Shown here in pieces: positions 57,106-64,000 of a stretch of 64,000 nucleotides of DNA. The notes under the pieces are model-generated. The model was not told the DNA's origin. It did no database searches and was given only the letters and a program-made list of their open reading frames with translations. Source of the stretch: a virus (lineage: Duplodnaviria > Heunggongvirae > Uroviricota > Caudoviricetes); IMG/VR virus record IMGVR_UViG_3300043447_000028, positions 17,157 through 81,156 of that record; one strand, given 5' to 3'. The position numbers were made by a program, and so were the translations under genes. Within the stretch, counting starts at the first letter, position 1. Each line of letters starts with the position of its first letter.

Positions 57106-57255
57106 ATGTCTATGAATTCGAGATACCTAATCGTCAAAGACGGTAAAATAATGATGTTTTGGATTAAGGCATGTGCTGAGATCTATGCGGATGGTGGTGA
57201 AATAAAGGAATTGATATATGATGCAGACAGTCGAAACTATGTGGAAAGAGTTTAA
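57106..57255 (+). CDS. hypothetical small early protein
   Basis: 49 aa from the ATG at 57106 (GGAG 9 nt upstream). The track ORF begins at an upstream in-frame M. Confidence 0.25.
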   Translation: MSMNSRYLIVKDGKIMMFWIKACAEIYADGGEIKELIYDADSRNYVERV

Positions 57256-57406
57256 TGATTTTGAACTTGCAAGTCTAGCATTTGACTACGGATTCAAAGA
57301 TGAGGTAGAATTCGATCTACTGAACGACGGATTTAGGTTGGTCGATCGTGGATCCCTCGAAAAGATTCTAACTGATTATGAGATGGCGCAAGCCTTTGAG
57401 GTTTAA
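57218..57406 (+). CDS. hypothetical small acidic protein
   Basis: 62-aa ORF overlapping the previous one out of frame; stop overlaps the vWA gene start (TAATTATGG). Confidence 0.2.
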   Translation: MMQTVETMWKEFNDFELASLAFDYGFKDEVEFDLLNDGFRLVDRGSLEKILTDYEMAQAFEV

Positions 57407-57408
57407 TT

Positions 57409-59562
57409 ATGGAAATTCAAGCAAGTGACTTGTCGGCACGTTTGCTGGCTACAGAAAACCTGAACGTGGTTCGTGCTCGTGCACGCACTGCATCGTTCGA
57501 CATTAAGAATCGTGTGTTGACGATCCCTGTCTGGAAAGATATGACTCCAGAGATTGAGGATATGCTCATCGGTCACGAAGTGGGTCACGCCTTGTACACA
57601 GGCGAAGAGTACCTGAAACCCATCCAAGAAAATCGTTCAATGATGTCTTATCTCAACGTGCTGGAAGACGTGCGTATCGAGAAGATGATCAAGCGTAAGT
57701 ATCCAGGTCTGCGCAAGCGTATGAACGAAGGCTACAAACAGCTGAACGATCGTGACTTCTTTGGTGTCAAACAAGTACAGAATTTTGATGAGATGTTGCT
57801 CATCGACAAAATCAACTTGTACTTTAAGGCTGGTTTCCAATGTGGTGTTACATTCGATCCAGACGAAAAACAATTCGTGAATCGTGCAGAGAAGACTGAG
57901 ACCATCGATGAAATTATCGAGTTGGCCAATGACATCTACGCCTATTCAAAAGCTAAGGCTGAAGAAGAAGCTAAAGAAGCAGCCAAGAATCGTGCTGAAG
58001 AAGGTGACACTGATGATGACACCGATGTTGATCCAGACGAAGACTGGGATCCAGATGCTGACGACGACATGGAAGATGAAGATCGTGGTGCTGGTAAAGA
58101 GCAAAAGAAGGGTACTGCACCTAAACAGAAAGAAGTGACTGACGAAGATCTTGAGTCTAAGACAGAGCGTTCTTTCCAAGACAAGCTGCAAGACTTGGCA
58201 GACACAGACACCCAATACTTCTATCACAAGATTGATGATGTGTATATCAACAATCCTGTTGTTGGCTACAAACAGATTCTGAAAGAGACTTCTGAGAAGG
58301 TTGGTCTTGGCTGGTTCGATAAAGACACGTTGGTTCAACGCCCAGACTATGTCGAACAACAGAAGAAGATTGATGCTGGTTTCGAGAAATTCAAGACTGA
58401 CTCACAACGTGCAGTCAACTACTTGGTTAAAGAATTTGAGATGCGTAAGTCTGCACAGATTTACAAACGTGCTCAAATTTCCAAGTCTGGTTCTCTGGAC
58501 ATGAAGAAAATCTACGCCTACAAATTGCAAGACGATTTGTTCAAGCGTGTGACTGTTCTGCCACAAGGTAAAAACCACGGTATGGTTTTCTTGCTGGACT
58601 GGTCAGGTTCTATGAGTGGTGTTATTGAAGACACATTGAAACAGGTTATCAACTTGGCGATGTTCTGTAACCGCACTCAGGTTCCATATCGTGTCTTGGC
58701 ATTCACTTCTCAGTATAATGAGCGTGACTACAATCAGGCATACTATGAGAAACAGCGTGAGCATGCTCGTGCTCGTGCGTCTTCACCAGATTCTTATTTG
58801 TCTAACTCTAGCAACACTATGCATATGTTGGAGTTGTTCACAAACAGAATGTCTACATCTGAATTCAATACGATGGCAAAGCGTGTGCTTGACTATAAGT
58901 TTTTCTGGAACAAAGGCTACTCCATGGGTGGCACTCCATTGAATGAAGCACTTGGTTGGGTTTACCACAATCTTGGTTCTTACATCAAGAACAATAACAT
59001 CGAGAAAATGACTTTGATCACTTTGACTGATGGTGAGGGTGGTTCTTTGACTTCTTCTCAGTTGGGTACATTGCACGAACAGCGTAATGAGTATGTTGGT
59101 TCCACTTACAAACGAATCAAACAGAAACATTACATCCGTGATGATCGCACACAGAAGACATACGAAATCAGCCGACTGTCTAGTAAACAAACAGAAGTGC
59201 TCTTGCGTATGATCAAAGATCGTTATGATATTAAGGTTGTTGGATTCTATGTCACTCGCAACACTCGTCGTGATTTGGCTTGGGTTATGGACTCTAACTT
59301 ACCTGAATTCTCAGGCAGCAAGGAATTGTTGATTGAGAACTGGCGCAAGGAATTCCGTGCCAATGGTTTTGCATCTGTCAAGAACACTGGTCGTGATGAA
59401 CTCTTTGTCATCCCACAAGAATCTACCAAGATCGAAGAGGGTGAATTAACAGTCAATAGCGACGCAAACGCTAAAGCTATTGCAAGAAACTTCAGCAAAT
59501 TCCTGAACGTGAAGAAGACTAGTCGGGTTCTCCTGAACCGATTCATCGGTTACGTTGCGTAA
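57409..59562 (+). CDS. von Willebrand factor A domain protein (CobT-like partner of the CobS/MoxR ATPase) with N-terminal HExxH motif and central poly-acidic linker
   Basis: 717 aa. MIDAS motif VFLLDWSGSMSG (DxSGS) at about aa 395. N-terminal MLIGHEVGHALYTGEEY (HEVGH). Acidic tract EGDTDDDTDVDPDEDWDPDADDDMEDEDRG at about aa 200-230. Confidence 0.65.
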   Translation: MEIQASDLSARLLATENLNVVRARARTASFDIKNRVLTIPVWKDMTPEIEDMLIGHEVGHALYTGEEYLKPIQENRSMMSYLNVLEDVRIEKMIKRKYPGLRKRMNEGYKQLNDRDFFGVKQVQNFDEMLLIDKINLYFKAGFQCGVTFDPDEKQFVNRAEKTETIDEIIELANDIYAYSKAKAEEEAKEAAKNRAEEGDTDDDTDVDPDEDWDPDADDDMEDEDRGAGKEQKKGTAPKQKEVTDEDLESKTERSFQDKLQDLADTDTQYFYHKIDDVYINNPVVGYKQILKETSEKVGLGWFDKDTLVQRPDYVEQQKKIDAGFEKFKTDSQRAVNYLVKEFEMRKSAQIYKRAQISKSGSLDMKKIYAYKLQDDLFKRVTVLPQGKNHGMVFLLDWSGSMSGVIEDTLKQVINLAMFCNRTQVPYRVLAFTSQYNERDYNQAYYEKQREHARARASSPDSYLSNSSNTMHMLELFTNRMSTSEFNTMAKRVLDYKFFWNKGYSMGGTPLNEALGWVYHNLGSYIKNNNIEKMTLITLTDGEGGSLTSSQLGTLHEQRNEYVGSTYKRIKQKHYIRDDRTQKTYEISRLSSKQTEVLLRMIKDRYDIKVVGFYVTRNTRRDLAWVMDSNLPEFSGSKELLIENWRKEFRANGFASVKNTGRDELFVIPQESTKIEEGELTVNSDANAKAIARNFSKFLNVKKTSRVLLNRFIGYVA

Positions 59563-59589
59563 GTTGTTGATTTATAAGGGAAAAATAAA

Positions 59590-59612
59590 CCCCTACAAAG
59601 TGTAGGGTTTTC
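59590..59612 (+). terminator. rho-independent terminator after the vWA gene
   Basis: CCCTACA-aag-TGTAGGG hairpin followed by TTTTCC. Architecture (CCCyAC...TGTrGGG) resembles the hairpin at 57001. Confidence 0.55.
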
Positions 59613-59623
59613 CAAGAAAGTTG

Positions 59624-59654
59624 TTGACATTTATTCCCGTTTATGGAATAATAC
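59624..59654 (+). promoter_or_regulatory. sigma70-like early promoter candidate upstream of cobS-like gene
   Basis: -35 TTGACA at about 59624-59629. A-T-rich -10 candidates AATAAT/TAATAC lie 17-19 nt downstream. The ATG at 59691 has GGAG 6 nt upstream. Confidence 0.35.
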
Positions 59655-59690
59655 TCTTTATTGATTGGTTGTTTTATTATGGAGAATGTG

Positions 59691-60833
59691 ATGGCGAAAA
59701 CCGATGTGGCGTTCCGTGAGGCTTTTGAGGCTAAGATGAATGCGATGTATCCTGACGTGCAAACGAAGGGTACAGTGAGTCGTCCCCAGCTAATGGAAGT
59801 GATGGCTAAGATGAAAACAGAGAAGTTCCCTCTCTGGCTTATGAAAAACAAAGTTGGTCGTGGTTTGTATGCCATTTCAGGCAATGCAGCATTAGCCGAG
59901 CAACCTGAAGTGAAGGAATCATTCCAAGTGGACTTGACCAATACAGAATCGCTCATCCCGAAAAAAGATGCAAACTTTGTGCCATTCGGCAACTACACTG
60001 ACTTGGAAAACATCATCAAGTCGAAAATCTTCTATCCTGCCTACATCAGTGGTCCAACTGGTAACGGTAAGTCAACGATGATTGAACAAATTTGTGCCAA
60101 GCACAAACGTCCTCTCATCCGTGTTAACTTGAACATGATGACTGATGAAGAACAACTCATTGGCACTAAAACTCTGGAAGACGGCAACGTGAACATTGTC
60201 GAAGGTCCAGTGCTCATTGCTATGCGTAATGGTACGACTCTCCTGTTGGATGAGATTGACGCTGGTTCTGCTAACACTCTGTTGTGCTTGCAACCAATTC
60301 TCGAGGGTAAACCATACTACTTCAAACTGAAGAATGAGATGATCGTACCCAAAGAAGGTTTCAATGTGTTTGCCACTGCGAACACTAAGGGTAAAGGCTC
60401 CGACGATGGTCGATACATCGGCACCAACGTGCTGAACGAAGCATTCTTGGAGCGTTTCGCTGTAACATTTGAACAGGATTATCCTTCTGCAAAAATCGAG
60501 CAGAAGATTATCGAGAATCTGATGGTTTCCTATGGCTGTGAAGACAAGGAATTCGCAGAGACATTGGTGAAGTGGGCTGACGCTATCCGTCGCACCTTTG
60601 CCGATGGTGGTGTTGATGAAACAATCACAACTCGTCGTATGATTCACATCGTCCGAGCCTTCGCTATCTTTAAGAAGCGTGAGAAGGCTGTAGAACTGTG
60701 TTGCAATCGTTTCGATTCGGCGACTAAGACTGCTTTCATCGACTTGTACGATAAGGTTGCAAGCCCTGCTCCAGAGCCTGAAGTGGTAATTGCACCTACA
60801 GCTACAAACCCAACGGACGAGATTCCCTTCTAA
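59691..60833 (+). CDS. cobS: MoxR/CobS-like AAA+ ATPase (family often annotated cobaltochelatase CobS in distant T4-like phages)
   Basis: Walker A YISGPTGNGKST, Walker B GTTLLLDEIDAGS, sensor region FATANTKG. Start re-set to the ATG with GGAG spacing; the track ORF starts at 59661. Confidence 0.65.
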   Translation: MAKTDVAFREAFEAKMNAMYPDVQTKGTVSRPQLMEVMAKMKTEKFPLWLMKNKVGRGLYAISGNAALAEQPEVKESFQVDLTNTESLIPKKDANFVPFGNYTDLENIIKSKIFYPAYISGPTGNGKSTMIEQICAKHKRPLIRVNLNMMTDEEQLIGTKTLEDGNVNIVEGPVLIAMRNGTTLLLDEIDAGSANTLLCLQPILEGKPYYFKLKNEMIVPKEGFNVFATANTKGKGSDDGRYIGTNVLNEAFLERFAVTFEQDYPSAKIEQKIIENLMVSYGCEDKEFAETLVKWADAIRRTFADGGVDETITTRRMIHIVRAFAIFKKREKAVELCCNRFDSATKTAFIDLYDKVASPAPEPEVVIAPTATNPTDEIPF

Positions 60834-60839
60834 TCCGTA

Positions 60840-60886
60840 GGGGATTACAAATACTTGTTGACTTGTAATCCCCTTTGTAGTATACT
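60840..60886 (+). promoter_or_regulatory. hairpin plus sigma70-like promoter (TTGACT-17-TATACT); the -35 lies in the hairpin loop
   Basis: GGGGATTACAA/TTGTAATCCCC is a perfect 11-bp inverted repeat (about 60840-60873) around a loop containing TTGACT (about 60858-60863). TATACT is at about 60881-60886. Downstream gene ATG at 60928 with RBS AAGGAAA. Confidence 0.5.
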
Positions 60887-60927
60887 AATGTCTTATCTTG
60901 AAAACTCTTTGTAAAAGGAAATTTATT

Positions 60928-61416
60928 ATGTTGAAATTCGCTGCTTTGTCCCTCGCCCAAAAGCGTTTCGTTATGGCTGTTCTGGAGTCTAATCCCCAGT
61001 ACAAGAAAGACCCTAACATCACATTGAAAGAATGTGCCTCCATCTATTACGTCCTGCGTGACCAACGCACTGGTGCTAAGGGTGAGAAAATCGGTTATCC
61101 TAACTGGTTGTTTGCTGCTAACAAAGTTGAGCGTGGTTTGTACCAACTGCCTGTCCCAACTGTTGCAGAAGTATCTGCCTTCAATAAGGAAGTGGCTGAC
61201 AAAGCTGCGCCTGTTGCTAAGGCTAAAGCCAAAGTTGCTAAACTTGCTAAGGCTAAGACTGTCAAGGTCAAGTCCACTCCAGCTGCAAAAGTTGTAGAGA
61301 AAGAGACTAAGTCTGATCTGAATCGTCTGCAGAAAGTTATCGATGAGTCTATGGCTTACGACGACGAGACTGAAGACTTCAACCAGATCCTGCGTGAGAA
61401 TGGCATCGAAGTCTAA
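60928..61416 (+). CDS. hypothetical protein with Lys/Ala-rich histone-H1-like C-terminal segment
   Basis: 162 aa from ATG 60928. Tract AAPVAKAKAKVAKLAKAKTVKVKSTPAAKVVEKE. Confidence 0.4.
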   Translation: MLKFAALSLAQKRFVMAVLESNPQYKKDPNITLKECASIYYVLRDQRTGAKGEKIGYPNWLFAANKVERGLYQLPVPTVAEVSAFNKEVADKAAPVAKAKAKVAKLAKAKTVKVKSTPAAKVVEKETKSDLNRLQKVIDESMAYDDETEDFNQILRENGIEV

Positions 61417-61436
61417 TTAAATTAGAATTATTATTC

Positions 61437-61472
61437 GCTGACAAGAGACGCCATCCTCTTGTCGGCTTTTTT
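61437..61472 (+). terminator. rho-independent terminator
   Basis: GCTGACAAGAG-acgccatc-CTCTTGTCGGC is an 11-bp stem with one G-U, followed by TTTTTTCG. Confidence 0.5.
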
Positions 61473-61500
61473 CGTTGATGGTTTATTATGGAGTTATTAT

Positions 61501-61764
61501 ATGTCAAAACAAGCTAAGTTGTTGAATTACTTGTCTACTGGTGCTGAAGTTACTGCTAAGCAGATCTCTGGTTCATTTGGTTTGAAGAACCCACACGATG
61601 CAATTCATCAGTTGCGTAGTCAAGGTCATTGCATCTATAGCAATCGTGCTAAGTTGCATGACGGCACAGAAACTACTAAGTATCGCATTGGCAAGCCAAG
61701 CAAGCGTATCATCGCTGCTGCTAATGCACTCTTGGGTGCTTCTGCTTTCACAGCACAACGCTAA
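61501..61764 (+). CDS. small putative winged-helix/HTH DNA-binding protein
   Basis: 87 aa from ATG 61501 (GGAG 7 nt upstream). LNYLSTGAEVTAKQISGSFGLKNPHDAIHQLRSQGHCI has a helix-turn-helix-like pattern. Tentative. Confidence 0.35.
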   Translation: MSKQAKLLNYLSTGAEVTAKQISGSFGLKNPHDAIHQLRSQGHCIYSNRAKLHDGTETTKYRIGKPSKRIIAAANALLGASAFTAQR

Positions 61765-61803
61765 TTGGAATGGGGGATTCGTCCCCCACTTCTTGGAGAC
61801 ATA

Positions 61804-62136
61804 ATGGCAACTATCGACGAAGTTAAAGCATCCCAGTTAGCTACAACTGGTGGTCGCAAATTTGATGGTGGTAAACTTCAGTATGGTTTACTGCCCCCTC
61901 TCGCTTTGGCTGAGACTGTTAAAGTTCTCACATTCGGAGCAGAGAAGTATGAACCCGACAACTGGAAGCAAGTTCCAGATTCTAAGCGTCGTTATTTTGA
62001 CGCTATGCAGCGTCATCTATGGGCGTACAAAAGTGGAGAACAGATGGATCCCGAATCAGGTATCCACCACTTGGCACACGCAATGTGTTGTTTGATGTTC
62101 TTGTACGAACACGATGTGAAATATTCAAAGGATTGA
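61804..62136 (+). CDS. conserved phage protein, DUF5664-like (dATP/dGTP diphosphohydrolase N-terminal-type domain)
   Basis: 110 aa from ATG 61804 (RBS TGGAGA). KFDGGKLQYGLLPPLALAETVKVLTFGAEKY...NW...RYFDAMQRHL...ESGIHHLAHAMCCLMFLYEH matches the remembered signature of that family (kfD.GK..lsLlP..al..va.vl.fGa.KY..NW...HLaHa.cnl.fL). Confidence 0.4.
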   Translation: MATIDEVKASQLATTGGRKFDGGKLQYGLLPPLALAETVKVLTFGAEKYEPDNWKQVPDSKRRYFDAMQRHLWAYKSGEQMDPESGIHHLAHAMCCLMFLYEHDVKYSKD

Positions 62137-62138
62137 TT

Positions 62139-62498
62139 ATGTGGTGGCAAAGGAAAGAAGATACCTCTTACAAGACTGCTTGTGAAAATATTAAACTTCA
62201 GCAGAAGGTTAATGAGTTACAATTCAAAGTAGAGAAGTATGAGAAGCGCATAGATGCTGATGTATGTAATGCGTCCTTTTCTGTTGATTGGGATGCCATG
62301 AAAGTATTTTCAATCGAACGAAACTGGAATAATGGTTTTCCTACTACTATTCTTGGATACATGTTGTCTGAACCAGCAATTCATACAGAAGAGCAAATAA
62401 CATATAAAGATGTCGTTCGTGAGTGGACGTTCCATTGTTCTGCTGAGAAACATGAACAACTCGTTAAAGAGTTTAATGTTTGGAAAGATAAGAAATGA
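62139..62498 (+). CDS. hypothetical protein
   Basis: 119 aa from ATG 62139 (AAGGATTGATT upstream). The track ORF extends further upstream in the same frame, overlapping the previous gene. Confidence 0.3.
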   Translation: MWWQRKEDTSYKTACENIKLQQKVNELQFKVEKYEKRIDADVCNASFSVDWDAMKVFSIERNWNNGFPTTILGYMLSEPAIHTEEQITYKDVVREWTFHCSAEKHEQLVKEFNVWKDKK

Positions 62499-62680
62499 TT
62501 AAATCAATTTTAGCATTCTTTGTATTGTGGATTATCATATTCTGTGGTATTAGTATTTTCTGGCATACACCAATGACGAAAAAGATTGATATGATGAAGA
62601 TTGGTCTTTATAGTTTCATGACTGCGTTTATTACGTTTGTGTTGTTGATTTTTATTGTTGTTTTATTTTAAGGGTTGATT

Positions 62681-63496
62681 ATGAAAAGTATTTTGAAAAT
62701 TTCCGCCATTGTTGCAGCTTTGTCTTTGGCTACTGGATGTACTCGTATCGAGACTGGTGAAGTTGGTCTGCGTGTCGGCTTCGACAAGCAGGTGAAGAAT
62801 GAGGAATTGCTCCCTGGATCTTTCAACCAAACATTGGTTGGTGATGTGTTGACATTCCCAGTGAAAGAAGTTGCCGTGAAGGTTGACGACCTGAACCCAC
62901 AGGCTGCTGATAACAGCACCATGAAAGACTTTGACTTGACTGTTATCTACAACATCAACCCAAGTCAGATCGCTGAGATTTACAACACAAAGAACAAGTC
63001 GTTCCACGCTGTTCATAATGGCGACACCTACCTGATGTACAACTACATCTTCAACGCAACTCGTAACGCTGTTTACAAAGCTGCACGAAAGCATGAAGCG
63101 TTGAACATGGGTGACAATCGTTCTGTCATGGAAGCTGAAATTCGTGACACCGTGACTTCTACTCTAGCTTCTGAAAACCTTGGTGGTGTTATTAACATTA
63201 CACAGGTTCTGATTCGTAACGTGATCCCTGCTGACACTGTTGTTGAATCGGCAAATGCATTGGTTCGTGCTAAGAACGAAACCAAACAGAAGGAAGCTGA
63301 AGTTCGTACTGCTGAACTTGAAGCTAAGCGTATTCAAGCCTTGGCGCAAAACACTGGCGCTATCCAATACATGGATGCTCAGACTCGTATGATGAACGCT
63401 GAGGCTGCTAAGATTCAAGCCCAAGCTATCGCCCAGTTCAAAGGTGGTACACTGGTGTTGGGTGGTCAGTCTCCAGTGTTGAACGTAGGCAAATAA
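62681..63496 (+). CDS. SPFH/band-7 (HflK/C-prohibitin-like) lipoprotein
   Basis: N-terminus MKSILKISAIVAALSLATGC is a lipoprotein signal peptide with lipobox LATGC. IETGEVGLRVGFDKQV...DFDLTVIYNIN is the SPFH core. C-terminal coiled-coil/Ala-Gln-rich tail. Start re-set to the ATG; the local coordinate may be off by 1. Confidence 0.6.
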   Translation: MKSILKISAIVAALSLATGCTRIETGEVGLRVGFDKQVKNEELLPGSFNQTLVGDVLTFPVKEVAVKVDDLNPQAADNSTMKDFDLTVIYNINPSQIAEIYNTKNKSFHAVHNGDTYLMYNYIFNATRNAVYKAARKHEALNMGDNRSVMEAEIRDTVTSTLASENLGGVINITQVLIRNVIPADTVVESANALVRAKNETKQKEAEVRTAELEAKRIQALAQNTGAIQYMDAQTRMMNAEAAKIQAQAIAQFKGGTLVLGGQSPVLNVGK

Positions 63497-63551
63497 ATTT
63501 GAAGTTTATCTCTCTTTGAGATAAACTAATTATATTAACTTAAAAAGGAAA

Positions 63552-64000
63552 ATGAAAATGTTGACAGTTGGAGATAAAATTGGCAAGTTTGTTGTCACTG
63601 GTGTGAAACCTGGACAGCCAGAAGACGCATTCTTTGATATTACAGAAGAATCATTTGAAGGTAAGTGGAAGATTATTGTTTACTACCCAAAGGACTTTAC
63701 ATTCGTATGTCCTACAGAAATCGTAGCGTATGATAAGTTGTTCCAAGACTTCGCAGATCGTGATGCAGTTCTATTGACTGGTAGCACTGACAATGAGTTC
63801 TGTAAGGTAGCATGGCAGAAAGCACATAGCGATCTACAAAAAGTTAAGCACATCCAGTTTGCTGACACACAGCGTGATTGGGACAAGTCTTTGATCGAGC
63901 AACTCGGTGTATTCTATGCACCTGCTGGTGCTGCACTCCGTGCTACTTTCATTGTTGACCCAGAGAACGTGATTCAGCACGTGACTGTGAACAACTTGAA
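63552..64000 (+). CDS. 2-Cys peroxiredoxin (AhpC/TSA family), 3'-truncated by the window end
   Basis: ATG at about 63552 with RBS AAAAGGAAA. KIIVYYPKDFTFVCPTEI contains the peroxidatic-Cys FTFVCPTE hallmark. The ORF runs to the window edge without a stop. Confidence 0.75.
   Translation, partial: MKMLTVGDKIGKFVVTGVKPGQPEDAFFDITEESFEGKWKIIVYYPKDFTFVCPTEIVAYDKLFQDFADRDAVLLTGSTDNEFCKVAWQKAHSDLQKVKHIQFADTQRDWDKSLIEQLGVFYAPAGAALRATFIVDPENVIQHVTVNNL

Noticed and set aside
61475-61500. TTGATG ... TATTAT as a sigma70 promoter for the HTH gene
   Set aside because: The spacer is only ~14 nt and the putative -10 abuts the ATG, leaving no room for a leader or SD. The GGAG SD sits inside the putative spacer. 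The TTGATG element may instead belong to the shared leader motif.
62495-62647. Possible ~50-aa hydrophobic ORF (MIKSILAFFVLWIIIFCGISIFW...) starting at an ATGA overlap with the preceding gene
   Set aside because: Below the ORF-track threshold. My local reading of this stretch disagreed by one base with the frame of the downstream track ORF, so I could not confirm the reading frame. It is plausible as a small membrane protein but not reported as a feature.
1-64000. tRNA genes, CRISPR arrays, homing endonucleases (GIY-YIG/HNH), transposases or integrases
   Set aside because: Intergenic gaps are all under 150 nt and contain only promoter/terminator-like sequence. No cloverleaf-capable 70-90-nt segment, no spaced direct repeats, and no endonuclease motifs were found in any ORF.

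Overview
This 64-kb window is a contiguous segment of a T4-like (Straboviridae-type) myovirus genome, about 42-44% GC by eye, with strong AAGGAG-type ribosome-binding sites. Almost everything is on the + strand; only three divergent late genes at the 5' end are on the - strand.

Gene order, left to right:
- 107-1828, minus strand: three genes in the T4 4-2-3 arrangement, ending in a tail-tube-fold paralog.
- 1877-8833: baseplate genes (a gp48/54-like protein, gp53, a gp27-like hub, the gp5 spike, a gp5.4-like PAAR cap, gp25).
- 8833-22224: wedge genes gp6, a gp7 homolog and a gp8-like protein, followed by a 2079-aa giant structural protein.
- 22224-35747: several tail-fibre paralogs, interrupted at 24489-28189 by an enzyme cassette (described below).
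- 35751-48687: neck proteins gp13, gp14 and gp15, then large terminase gp17, sheath gp18, tube gp19, portal gp20, prohead core proteins, protease gp21, scaffold gp22 and major capsid protein gp23.
- 48792-56970: a second tube-fold paralog, then UvsY, UvsW, late sigma factor gp55, an AAA ATPase, gp47 (Mre11/SbcD-like) and gp46 (Rad50/SbcC-like).
- 57106-64000: an early-gene block in which each gene has its own sigma70-like promoter and hairpin terminator. It contains a vWA/CobT-like protein with an HExxH motif, a CobS-like AAA ATPase, a Lys/Ala-rich protein, a small HTH protein, a DUF5664-like protein, an SPFH lipoprotein and a 2-Cys peroxiredoxin that runs off the end of the window.

The organisation g23-g3-uvsY-uvsW-g55-g47-g46, the absence of a gp24 paralog and the presence of cobS resemble the distant ('far-T4', cyanophage-like) branch rather than T4 itself. 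That assignment is an inference from gene order. No small terminase gene lies between gp15 and gp17.

The most unusual content is a terminator-bounded operon inserted among the tail-fibre genes. It encodes a radical-SAM/SPASM maturase, a 99-aa Tyr/acid-rich protein and a signal-peptide-less TRAP-type solute-binding-protein homolog, with start and stop codons overlapping between successive genes. A PP-loop ATP pyrophosphatase follows it. Directly upstream is a tail-fibre gene that ends in a Cys-rich NCNCVCNC tail.

Other notable features are a gp5 spike carrying both a GH19 glycosidase and an M15-type peptidase domain, and a short GSGYTS...GGGG module inserted into the sheath, a neck protein and two baseplate proteins.

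No tRNA, CRISPR array, homing endonuclease or transposase was recognised. Coordinates of the short motifs are approximate (+/- 2 nt).
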